From contig CALVTO010000002.1 in assembly GCA_944362705.1 (NCBI GenBank), forward strand, positions 12,818-76,817: 64,000 nucleotides of DNA, given 5' to 3'. This DNA comes from an uncultured Clostridia bacterium. Its GTDB lineage: Bacteria; Bacillota; Clostridia; Christensenellales; UBA1242. Under the pieces are notes generated by a model. That model was not told the origin of the DNA. It made no database searches and was given only the letters and a program-made list of their open reading frames with translations. Numbering within the stretch: the stretch's first letter is position 1; each line of letters starts with the position of its first letter. Of the stretch, positions 28,384 through 36,601 are shown in pieces. Position numbers and translations under genes: made by a program.

Positions 28384-29304
28384 ATGAGAAATTATATTCT
28401 ATTAGGCATACTAATAACACTGTTAAACAAAGGTAGGCAAACTGCAAAACAACTCGCTGAAAAATATGAAATATCTACAAAAACCGTATATAGGTATTTA
28501 TCTTTTTTAGACTGTGCAGGCATACCTACCATTTCTTATATGGGAAAAAATGGCGGCATTGAAATTGCCAGCACATTTAAACTTAACACAACCGTATTTA
28601 CAAAAAAAGAAATTGCCCGCATATGGAACGCACTTGATTCTACCCGCCCTTTAAACGAAACAATTGATGACGATATTAAACAAAAACTAAATTATTCCGC
28701 CATTAAAGAGCCCAACAGCGTGCAACAACTTTCACAACAATTTTTTATTGATTCTACCCCATGGGGAACCTTTTATCACGAAAACTTAAAACTAAAACAC
28801 ATAAAAGAAAGCATTGAAACGCAGCAAGAAATTGAAATTTCTTACCAAAAAAGAAATGCTTTAACCGAAACCCGCACCATTCAGCCTTACGCTTTAATAC
28901 TTAAAGACGCCATTTGGTACGTTTACGCTTTTTGTTTACAAAGAAATGAATTTCGTTTGTTTCGCGTAAGCAGAATTCAATCTTACCATATTTTAAAGAC
29001 AACTTTTGAAAGAAAGAATATATCACTTTCACCAGATTTATGGAACACTTCTTTACAAAACGATACACCAACTATTTTACTTAATATTTCTTTTTCCTCA
29101 GATGTAAAAGCAGAAATTATTGATTGGTTAGGCGAAGAAAACCTATCTTCTTCCACCACCGCTTCAGCCAATGTTTTATTTAACGAAGGTTTACTACACA
29201 AACTTTTACTTTTAGGACGTCATGTAAAAGTTATTTCCCCTATAGCTGTACGCGACGCTTTAATTAACGAAGCAAAAAATATAATACAAAACAACAGCAT
29301 ATAA
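28384..29304 (+). CDS. HTH plus WYL-domain transcriptional regulator (YafY-like)
   Basis: An N-terminal wHTH (GRQTAKQLAEKYEISTKTVYRYLSFLDCAGIPT), a central WYL motif (DAIWYVYAFCLQRNEFRLFRVSRI), and 306 aa total. Confidence 0.8.
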   Translation: MRNYILLGILITLLNKGRQTAKQLAEKYEISTKTVYRYLSFLDCAGIPTISYMGKNGGIEIASTFKLNTTVFTKKEIARIWNALDSTRPLNETIDDDIKQKLNYSAIKEPNSVQQLSQQFFIDSTPWGTFYHENLKLKHIKESIETQQEIEISYQKRNALTETRTIQPYALILKDAIWYVYAFCLQRNEFRLFRVSRIQSYHILKTTFERKNISLSPDLWNTSLQNDTPTILLNISFSSDVKAEIIDWLGEENLSSSTTASANVLFNEGLLHKLLLLGRHVKVISPIAVRDALINEAKNIIQNNSI

Positions 29305-29331
29305 AAAAAGAGCCGTCAGCTCTTTTTTTTA
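29304..29331. terminator. Bidirectional terminator between the convergent WYL-regulator and ddl genes
   Basis: A7-AGAGC-CGTCA-GCTCT-T8. Confidence 0.7.
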
Positions 29332-29398
29332 TATACTTATTTTCAAAGTTATTACTTTTTATATCTTTTAATTTACGCACAACAAACACGCATAAAAT

Positions 29399-30553
29399 TT
29401 ATAAAACATGCACGTTATAATCGGTTTGTGAAAAAGATTCTGCTTGCGCTTTAAGAACCGCGTCCTTCACCATCTTTTCCAACATCTCTGTCCGACTCAT
29501 TCCCTTTTCATCAAAGAAATAATACGCAAGCGAACCAGGAACCGCATTTATTTCATTTAAGTACCATTTTTTTGTTTTTGCATTATATAAAAAATCAAAT
29601 CTTACAACACCTTGCATATGTAGCGCCTTGAACAAAGAAGCCGCACTTTGCTTCATTTCTAATTTTTCGACGTCTGACAATTCCAAAGGTTCTTTTCTTG
29701 TTAAGCCACTCATTCCCATTTTAGCAGTTTTTAACTTTCCTTTTTGATGTCGCATGTATTTATCTGCAAAACTTAAAATAGACGACATATCTTTCACCGG
29801 TTCATCAATATTGCTTACAATAAGAGATTCTTTTTTATCGCCATCTCCCATAATGGCAATGTTAAACTCTTTACAATACGCAACACAAGATTCCACAACC
29901 ACACATGTATCATAAGCAAAGGCTACATCAACTGCCTCCACGAGCTCATCTTTGTGCTGAATTTTTGAAATTCCAATACTACTACCCTGCCTTAAAGGTT
30001 TTACAACACAAGGAAACCCAACCACTTTTTCAATTTTATCTGCAAACTCTTTTGTTGATTGCTTAAATTCATTTTTTTGAATTTGTATACCTTCAACAAC
30101 CGGAATATGCAAGCCTTTACAAACTAATTTTGTAAGAAATTTATCCATACTAACAGACATTCCCGCCACGCTTGCACTCGTAGATGGAATATGGCACATA
30201 CGCAACAAGCCATCTAATTCGCCAGACTCACCCAACCCACCGTGACACGCATTTACCACCGCATGTAACATACAAATTTTTTTTACCCCACACCATGTTT
30301 TTGTATACAAAGATGCATCATTTACTTTTAAAAACACTTCTTTTGCCTTTTCAGGACATTTTTCTAAGGACGCATAATAAGAAGCACTTTGACCAACTCT
30401 GGCACACAACCAAACACCTTTAGAAGTAATAAAAATAGGAAGAATGTTAAATTCTTCCTTCGTATAACCTTCCATCATTTGTACTGCAGTAATAATAGAT
30501 ATTTCTTTTTCAGTGGCATTTCCACCAAAAATAATTGCAACATTTTGCTTCAT
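29399..30553 (-). CDS. ddl: D-alanine--D-alanine ligase
   Basis: MKQNVAIIFGGNATEKEISI... with ATP-grasp features (FPCVVKPLRQGSSIGISK, ...YLNEINAVPGSLAYYF) and an AAGGAGGGA SD. Confidence 0.92.
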   Translation of the reverse strand: MKQNVAIIFGGNATEKEISIITAVQMMEGYTKEEFNILPIFITSKGVWLCARVGQSASYYASLEKCPEKAKEVFLKVNDASLYTKTWCGVKKICMLHAVVNACHGGLGESGELDGLLRMCHIPSTSASVAGMSVSMDKFLTKLVCKGLHIPVVEGIQIQKNEFKQSTKEFADKIEKVVGFPCVVKPLRQGSSIGISKIQHKDELVEAVDVAFAYDTCVVVESCVAYCKEFNIAIMGDGDKKESLIVSNIDEPVKDMSSILSFADKYMRHQKGKLKTAKMGMSGLTRKEPLELSDVEKLEMKQSAASLFKALHMQGVVRFDFLYNAKTKKWYLNEINAVPGSLAYYFFDEKGMSRTEMLEKMVKDAVLKAQAESFSQTDYNVHVL

Positions 30554-30613
30554 GATTCCCTCCTTTACAACTTTTGTTAGGGTTCATTTGCAAAATTTCT
30601 TATGTTTTTTTCA

Positions 30614-32290
30614 TTATGCGTAATTATCTGGCAAGTCATTTTCAAAAAGAACAACATCGCCAACGCCAGCTATTGTATTTAATATTTCTACAGATTGCGA
30701 AACTGTACTTGCTCGAAAAATCTTTTTTTCGTCAAACCCGCCAAATAACAAACCATGATATAAAGCCTCATAATTTGTGGTACCGTTAATAATAACATAA
30801 TCGCAAACCTTTGCCATATGAATCGCAAATTCAAAATTAGAATTAAACTCTTCTTCCCCTAATTCTACAAGACCCGGGGTAATCACAATTTTTTTGCCGG
30901 AAAATTCTTTTAACACCTCAAGCGCCGCACTCGCACCTTCCACACAACCATTGTAAGCATCGTCTATAACTGTAAGCGCATTACCCGATGGAACAATAGC
31001 CAATCTATGCGCCGTTGGATTTAACGTTTCAATTGCTTTTTGAATTTGCTCTACGGTTACGCCTAATTTATACGCCAACACACTACACAATAAAATGTTA
31101 GATATGTTATGTTTGCCCAACAATTTTGTCTCACAAGATACCTTTTGATTGTCTATATGCAAAACAAATTTGGACCCCTCATTGCAAGTTTTGATATTGC
31201 TTATGTAAGCAAACCCCTGTGTATCGTTTATGTTTGTTGCAATTTTTTCTCCTTTGGCTCTTTCATATAATTCCAAAGCTCCAGCAGATTCTGTGTTTAC
31301 TACACACAAGCCTTTTTCTACTCCTTGCAATAATTCAAACTTAGTATCTTTTAAAACTTGCTCTGTGCCAAAAGTGGACATGTGCTGATTTCCAACACCG
31401 GTTAAAAGTCCATATTGCGGATGAATCATTTGCACAAGGTAAGCAATATCGCCTTTATTTCGCGCACCCATTTCAGCAATAAACACTTCGTCGGTTGGTT
31501 TTAATTGTTCTAATATAGTTTTACTCAACCCTAGCGGTGTATTGTAACTATAAGGCGAAGCACAAACTTTATATTTTTGCGAAAGTAAAACTTCTAAAAT
31601 ATTTTTTACAGATGTTTTGCCATAACTTCCCGTAATACCAATTTTTATTATATCTTTACGTTCGGCCAACTTTTGAACCGCACGTTTTTCATATTTTTTA
31701 TTGTTTGCATTTTCAAACGGATACGTAACACCAAACGCCATAATAACAAACAGTGGCAACAAAATTGGTGTAAGACCCAAAGCACCAAATGTAAAATAAG
31801 ATAAATACACCGCGCTTACTGAAGTTAGCGCAAACGACACAATAAAAATAATAAACGCTGTAACAACAATTAAACGATTCATACGGCGTGTATATTTAAG
31901 CGGCGTTTTTTTAGACGTTTGACTAATATTAACAACAAATACTGTAAGAAAAGCAAAGTAAAATAATAGTCCAGTGTATGTCATAATTTTGTATTTAAAA
32001 AAACTCTCAAGCAACACATTTGTTACCATAAAAGCCGCTACCGATAAAAAAGATAACATAACTAAACGCCAAAAATAAGAGCGTTTTGTATCTTTAAACC
32101 AAGCAAACAGACCTTTTATTTTATAACCCGAAAGCTGAATTACTTGTAACAACCTGTATGCAATAAGTGTAAGCATAACCGCGTTTAAAAGTGCCACAAA
32201 TAAAACCGTCCACAATGTAAGCCAACTATCAAAGCCCCATGGAGCAGGCATATTTTGTGGTTCTAATAACCAATGTGAAAAATATTTCAT
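30614..32290 (-). CDS. murF: MurF-type Mur ligase (UDP-MurNAc-tripeptide--D-Ala-D-Ala ligase) with an N-terminal polytopic membrane domain
   Basis: P-loop GITGSYGKTSVKNIL, then EMGARNKGDIAYL, IDDAYNG...ASAALEVL and TPGLVELGEEE. The first roughly 190 aa form about 5 hydrophobic segments rather than the usual N-domain. The start overlaps the upstream gene's stop (ATGA). Confidence 0.8.
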   Translation of the reverse strand: MKYFSHWLLEPQNMPAPWGFDSWLTLWTVLFVALLNAVMLTLIAYRLLQVIQLSGYKIKGLFAWFKDTKRSYFWRLVMLSFLSVAAFMVTNVLLESFFKYKIMTYTGLLFYFAFLTVFVVNISQTSKKTPLKYTRRMNRLIVVTAFIIFIVSFALTSVSAVYLSYFTFGALGLTPILLPLFVIMAFGVTYPFENANNKKYEKRAVQKLAERKDIIKIGITGSYGKTSVKNILEVLLSQKYKVCASPYSYNTPLGLSKTILEQLKPTDEVFIAEMGARNKGDIAYLVQMIHPQYGLLTGVGNQHMSTFGTEQVLKDTKFELLQGVEKGLCVVNTESAGALELYERAKGEKIATNINDTQGFAYISNIKTCNEGSKFVLHIDNQKVSCETKLLGKHNISNILLCSVLAYKLGVTVEQIQKAIETLNPTAHRLAIVPSGNALTVIDDAYNGCVEGASAALEVLKEFSGKKIVITPGLVELGEEEFNSNFEFAIHMAKVCDYVIINGTTNYEALYHGLLFGGFDEKKIFRASTVSQSVEILNTIAGVGDVVLFENDLPDNYA

Positions 32291-33021
32291 AGTTTCCCCT
32301 TTAAAAATGCATCGACATAACTTTCAAAACGCACAGGATTTTCTAAGTATGAAAAATGCGACGCGTTTTTGAATACGACTAGTTTACTATTTTTTATCCA
32401 TTTATTCAAGCGTTTTGCCATATACAAAGGCGTATCTTTATCTTGAGAGCCCCACACCAATAACACAGGACATGTAATCTTTTGAAAATATGTTTTTAAA
32501 TCTTCATTTACTACATAAATAAAAGTTTGTTTCATGCAAGGCGAAAGCTCTTTATATTCTTTTGAACCAAATTTTTCGAGTTTTTGCTTTTTACATAAAC
32601 CATGCTTCACCAACCATTTTGTGCATTTATATTGAAAAACTTTGATCTTATAGCGCAACCCTCTTTTAGGTTTTACGCCTGCAATATCTACAAATACCAT
32701 AGACAAAATTTTTTGCGGAATTTGTTGAAATAACACCGCCGCCACTCTGCCACCAAAAGAATGTGCTATAATATGCAACTTTTCAATACGTTGTTGTTGC
32801 AAAAATGTTTGCAATTCTAGGGCATAATCTTTCACCGTATATGGCACATCGGGAGAGCTGGTATTGCCAAATCCAGGAAAATCAACAGCAATACAATGAT
32901 ATGTTTTTGAAAGAATACAAAACTGTTGATAAAAACTATAACAATTTCCGCCCCAACCGTGTAAAAACAATACACAGGTTCCCGAGCCTTGTTCTATAAA
33001 ATGCATACAACTCCTATACAA
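32287..33021 (-). CDS. Alpha/beta-fold hydrolase
   Basis: VLFLHGWGGN (oxyanion region), the nucleophile elbow IIAHSFGGRVA, and a C-terminal ..ASHFSYLENP. Confidence 0.75.
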   Translation of the reverse strand: MYRSCMHFIEQGSGTCVLFLHGWGGNCYSFYQQFCILSKTYHCIAVDFPGFGNTSSPDVPYTVKDYALELQTFLQQQRIEKLHIIAHSFGGRVAAVLFQQIPQKILSMVFVDIAGVKPKRGLRYKIKVFQYKCTKWLVKHGLCKKQKLEKFGSKEYKELSPCMKQTFIYVVNEDLKTYFQKITCPVLLVWGSQDKDTPLYMAKRLNKWIKNSKLVVFKNASHFSYLENPVRFESYVDAFLKGKL

Positions 33022-33445
33022 ATGTTTTCTCTAAAATATAGGCGTCTTTTGTTCCATAATAGTCTTTTCTTGTGTATTTCTGTAAAAAACCATTTGCTTT
33101 GTAAAGCCGTTGCGCAATAACATTATCTTCACAAACCTCCAAAAACATTTTTTTCGCATTGTTTTTTTGCGCAAAATGTAAGGCGTGCGTAAGTAACTGT
33201 TGCCCAATGCCTTTATTTTGATGCGCCGGATGCACAGCAATAGAGTGCAGTTCTGCTTCATCTTCAATAATCGAAATGCAAATGTACCCCACCACTTCAT
33301 CATCTTCTTTTGCACACCAATATTTTATCGCCGTACTTGCTAACTCTTTTTCAAAAATCTGTGGCGTCTTTTCATGAAAACATGCATCTTGAACAACGAC
33401 CATTTGCGGAATATCTCGCATACGAACATTTTCTATATAAGCCAT
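33014..33445 (-). CDS. rimI: GNAT N-acetyltransferase, RimI-like
   Basis: An acetyl-CoA motif (HQNKGIGQQLLTHAL). It follows tsaB directly, which is the classic tsaE-tsaB-rimI context. Start at ATG 33445, overlapping the tsaB stop (TAATG); the track's longer form starts inside tsaB. Confidence 0.7.
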   Translation of the reverse strand: MAYIENVRMRDIPQMVVVQDACFHEKTPQIFEKELASTAIKYWCAKEDDEVVGYICISIIEDEAELHSIAVHPAHQNKGIGQQLLTHALHFAQKNNAKKMFLEVCEDNVIAQRLYKANGFLQKYTRKDYYGTKDAYILEKTFV

Positions 33446-34080
33446 TATACACTTTCCTTTTGCGCTCGTTGCAGTTCTGCTTGACTCGCGCGCACATAAC
33501 AAGGGCTTATCTCATTTAATTCACAAAATTCTTTTAATCGAACTTTTTGTTCTACAACAGATAAAATGTCCCCCTTCGACACAACTATAGTACAAGAGAT
33601 ATTTTGTAAAGAATCTTTCGTTCCCTCGTCTGTAACAAGCGTTGTAGGTTGTGTTTGTTTTTGCAATGCTTGCAACGAATCACACAACATGCTCTGTGTT
33701 TTAGAATTATATATATAAAATAAATTAGAAAACGCCTTTATAACCGCCACATACGGTTGGTTTTCTTCTATAGTGTATGCAAGTGCTTCAAAGGATGTAA
33801 ACGCGCACAGTTTTATACGCGCGTTTGCGCATAAAAAACCTTTTGCTGTGGCTATAGCAATGCGAATTCCTGTAAACGAACCCGGCCCCACGCCAACACC
33901 TATAACATCTATTTCTTTTATCGTAATGTTTGCCTGTTTTAATAGGTCGTCAATGTGTTGCAATAAACTTTCCGCCATATGTTTATTCGATTCGTTTTCT
34001 GTATAAGCAAATATCTTCTCTTTTGTTTTTAACACAATACGAATGGGTCCCATAGCCACGTCAAACGCTAAAATGTTCAT
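33445..34080 (-). CDS. tsaB: tRNA t6A37 biosynthesis protein TsaB
   Basis: MNILAFDVA... and GVGVGPGSFTGIRIAIATAKG, next to tsaE. Confidence 0.85.
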   Translation of the reverse strand: MNILAFDVAMGPIRIVLKTKEKIFAYTENESNKHMAESLLQHIDDLLKQANITIKEIDVIGVGVGPGSFTGIRIAIATAKGFLCANARIKLCAFTSFEALAYTIEENQPYVAVIKAFSNLFYIYNSKTQSMLCDSLQALQKQTQPTTLVTDEGTKDSLQNISCTIVVSKGDILSVVEQKVRLKEFCELNEISPCYVRASQAELQRAQKESV

Positions 34081-34488
34081 TTATGCTTCTCCTATACAAA
34101 TCTTTCTTGTAGTTTCATCTATTTTTTCAAACGAAACTTTGTAGCAAGTTGGCGGCCAAAAACTTTTCTTTTCAGGCCACTCCACCAACGATATACCATT
34201 TCCAAACAATAGTTCTTCAGCACCAATATCGTACAATTCCTCTTCCGATTGTAAACGATAAAGGTCAAAATGATACAGCGGTATGTTTGCTTCATAGGTA
34301 TTAACAATCGTAAACGTTGGACTTGTTACAACACAAGAACAAAAAGCCGAAACAACACCCTTAACAAAAACAGTTTTGCCGGCCCCTAAATCGCCGTACA
34401 GCAAAACAATATCACCAGATTTTAACGATTTTGCAAATTCTTTAGCTATCTTTAAAGTTTCTTCCCGATTATGTGAATAATAAACCAT
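34081..34488 (-). CDS. tsaE: tRNA t6A37 biosynthesis ATPase TsaE
   Basis: Walker A YGDLGAGKTVFVKG and ...HFDLYRL. Start at ATG 34488, with AGGGG 7 nt upstream. Confidence 0.85.
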   Translation of the reverse strand: MVYYSHNREETLKIAKEFAKSLKSGDIVLLYGDLGAGKTVFVKGVVSAFCSCVVTSPTFTIVNTYEANIPLYHFDLYRLQSEEELYDIGAEELLFGNGISLVEWPEKKSFWPPTCYKVSFEKIDETTRKICIGEA

Positions 34489-34502
34489 AAACACCCCTGC
34501 TA

Positions 34503-35195
34503 TCAAATTTCTCTACTTGTTGCAATTCTTGTCGCACCGCTTCGAATACAATGCACAGCATCGGCTTTCACAGCAATTCCGCCCGATGCCACAATATCAC
34601 ATCTACCTTCCACAATTTTTGAAAGCAACGCAATATCTTCTTCGGTTGCACCGTTGGTTCCGTAGCCTGTACTTGTAATCATGGAATCGACTTTGCATTT
34701 TAAACATATTTTTGCAAGTTTAGCAATTTCTTCCCTATTAAAATAACAGGTCTCTAAAATTACCCCAACTTTGCATTTTTTTACCATGCGCACCACGCGA
34801 TGAATTTCGTTTTTAATAGCATCATACGCTCCACTTTTTGCTTGCGATATACTAAGCACCATTTGTATTTCGTCTGCGCCATCAAGCATGGCCCTTTTCG
34901 CCTCATAAGCTTTCACTTCTGCCGTAGACTCACCCAAAGGGAAAGCAATGTTTGCGATTATTTTTATAGGCGGTTCGCCAAACTTTTCTTGTAAATAAGA
35001 GCGCACATACGCTACGTGTAATGCATTTACACTAATAGAACGATATTTTTGCTTATACGCTGTATTACAAGCATCTTCTAATTGCTTATTGGTAACGGTA
35101 GGCATAACAAATGTATAATCAATGCATGCATTCAAATCTTTTAAAATATCTTCTGCGCTTTTTACATTAGAAACTTTTTTCGCAAACCAAAACAC
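34503..35195 (-). CDS. DeoC (deoxyribose-phosphate aldolase)-fold protein lacking the catalytic residues
   Basis: It is collinear with DeoC (IDYTFVMP, FPLGESTAEVKAYEAK, VILETCYFNREE, ITSTGYGTNGATEEDIALL, VASGGI). However, the Asp and both Lys positions read Q, I and V; see the findings. Confidence 0.7.
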   Translation of the reverse strand: MFWFAKKVSNVKSAEDILKDLNACIDYTFVMPTVTNKQLEDACNTAYKQKYRSISVNALHVAYVRSYLQEKFGEPPIKIIANIAFPLGESTAEVKAYEAKRAMLDGADEIQMVLSISQAKSGAYDAIKNEIHRVVRMVKKCKVGVILETCYFNREEIAKLAKICLKCKVDSMITSTGYGTNGATEEDIALLSKIVEGRCDIVASGGIAVKADAVHCIRSGATRIATSREI

Positions 35196-35209
35196 CCCAT
35201 TTTTCTCCT

Positions 35210-36517
35210 TTAAATTAAAACTTTATAAATAAGGTTTTGCTTTTTTCTGCGCTTTTTATCTATTATAAACGCAGAACGTAATACACCTATAGTTTGAGCA
35301 AACGCGGGGTCGGATACATCATAATATACTTTTGCCAACCTTTGCCCAGCTTTCACTTTCTCGCCCTCGGTAACAAAAAACTCAAACCCAACATGTGGGT
35401 CAATTTTTGTGCCTTCCGCATTTCTACCCAATAAACTTACTCCTGCTGAAACAAGTTCATTTTTAATATCTACCAATCTACCGGATTTTGGTGCCGTTAT
35501 ATAGGTTTCATTTAAAGCAGGCAATAAACTTTCTTTATCTTCAAATGCAGAAACATCTCCGCCCTGGCTTTGCACCAAAAGCTGAAAACACTGATATGCT
35601 TTTTTATTTTCTACTACTTCATCAATTGCGTCATATGCATCTGATCGACCATTACAACGTTTTGCAAGTATTAAAGCATTCGTTGCAAGTTCACGTACAA
35701 GCGCATAATAACTTTTGTCTACGATTCTACCAGAGGCCAAGGCATCTAAAATATCACGTATTTCCAAAGTCGCTCCTACAAAGCGACCATAAGGTTGATT
35801 TGCGTTAGATATAATGACACTCATTTTTATACCTACACGCCTACCTATCATAATACACAAATTGGCCAAACTCTCTGCCTTATCAACATCTGTAATTTGT
35901 GAAGATTCACCACATTTTATATCTAATACCACAACAGAAGCCCCTGTCGCTATTTTTTTCCCCATAACAGACGCCGCTATAAAAGGTAAAAAATCTTGTA
36001 TTTTTAATTTTTTGTACCAGTCTTCTAAAACCTTGTTTACAGGAACCAAATCTTTAGGAATTTCCGAAACCACAGCATGTATGTTTTGTAATTGCAGAAT
36101 CATTTGTTTTTTTGTAAACGAGGAATGAAAACCCTGAAACACCCGAAATCTATCAAGTGTACGCGCATATTCACCATACCCCGAAGAACTTATTTTTATC
36201 ACCGGAAAATCTAACGCCATTAAAATAGGAATTAGCACGACCGTTGCAGGGTCCGTAAACCCGCCTATACTATGTTTATCTAAAATAACAGGAAAATCTT
36301 TACGTAATTCAAACATCGTTCCCGATAACGCAATTTCCATAGCTAAATTATATATTTCGTTATCACTCATTCCTTTTACAGAAAAAGCCAGCAACAAAGT
36401 TCTTATTTCATCGTCGCTAATGGTTTGCTTTTGCAAACAAGATATAAAAGAATGCATTTCCTCTTGGGTTAACTCTGCACCAGATATTTTTTTCTTAATA
36501 ATCGATACCATATTCAT
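35210..36517 (-). CDS. Pyrimidine-nucleoside phosphorylase-family protein (divergent)
   Basis: MNMVSIIKKKISGAELTQEEMHSFI..., DKHSIGG, AASVMGKKIA, and a C-terminal alpha/beta domain (..VGFEFFVTEGEKVKAGQRLAKVY). I take the start at ATG 36517; the track's upstream extension has no support. Confidence 0.75.
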   Translation of the reverse strand: MNMVSIIKKKISGAELTQEEMHSFISCLQKQTISDDEIRTLLLAFSVKGMSDNEIYNLAMEIALSGTMFELRKDFPVILDKHSIGGFTDPATVVLIPILMALDFPVIKISSSGYGEYARTLDRFRVFQGFHSSFTKKQMILQLQNIHAVVSEIPKDLVPVNKVLEDWYKKLKIQDFLPFIAASVMGKKIATGASVVVLDIKCGESSQITDVDKAESLANLCIMIGRRVGIKMSVIISNANQPYGRFVGATLEIRDILDALASGRIVDKSYYALVRELATNALILAKRCNGRSDAYDAIDEVVENKKAYQCFQLLVQSQGGDVSAFEDKESLLPALNETYITAPKSGRLVDIKNELVSAGVSLLGRNAEGTKIDPHVGFEFFVTEGEKVKAGQRLAKVYYDVSDPAFAQTIGVLRSAFIIDKKRRKKQNLIYKVLI

Positions 36518-36524
36518 ATATGTA

Positions 36525-36554
36525 ATTATAGCATTATTAAAATTGCATTGGCAA
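36525..36554 (-). promoter_or_regulatory. Putative promoter of the pdp-like to ddl operon; geometry predicts a leaderless mRNA
   Basis: The minus strand reads TTGCCA (36554-36549), 18 nt, TGC-TATAAT (36530-36525), 7 nt, then ATG 36517. There is no SD. Confidence 0.5.
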
Positions 36555-36589
36555 CTAAACACGAAACGTTTAAGCGCCTTTTGCTTGGA

Positions 36590-36595
36590 TATACT
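36590..36595 (+). promoter_or_regulatory. -10 box (TATACT) 6 nt upstream of ATG 36602; possible leaderless start
   Basis: TATACT-TTGTGT-ATG. There is no SD and only a weak -35. Confidence 0.35.
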
Positions 36596-36601
36596 TTGTG
36601 T

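Noticed and set aside
33031-33315. Nested or out-of-frame ORFs inside well-supported genes (for example 33031-33315, 34119-34307, 39154-39363, 60139-60360 and 62015-62731, plus the many plus-strand ORFs inside clpC, polA, gyrB-like and locus genes).
   Set aside because: All are contained within longer ORFs that have clear family signatures or export signals. None has independent support.
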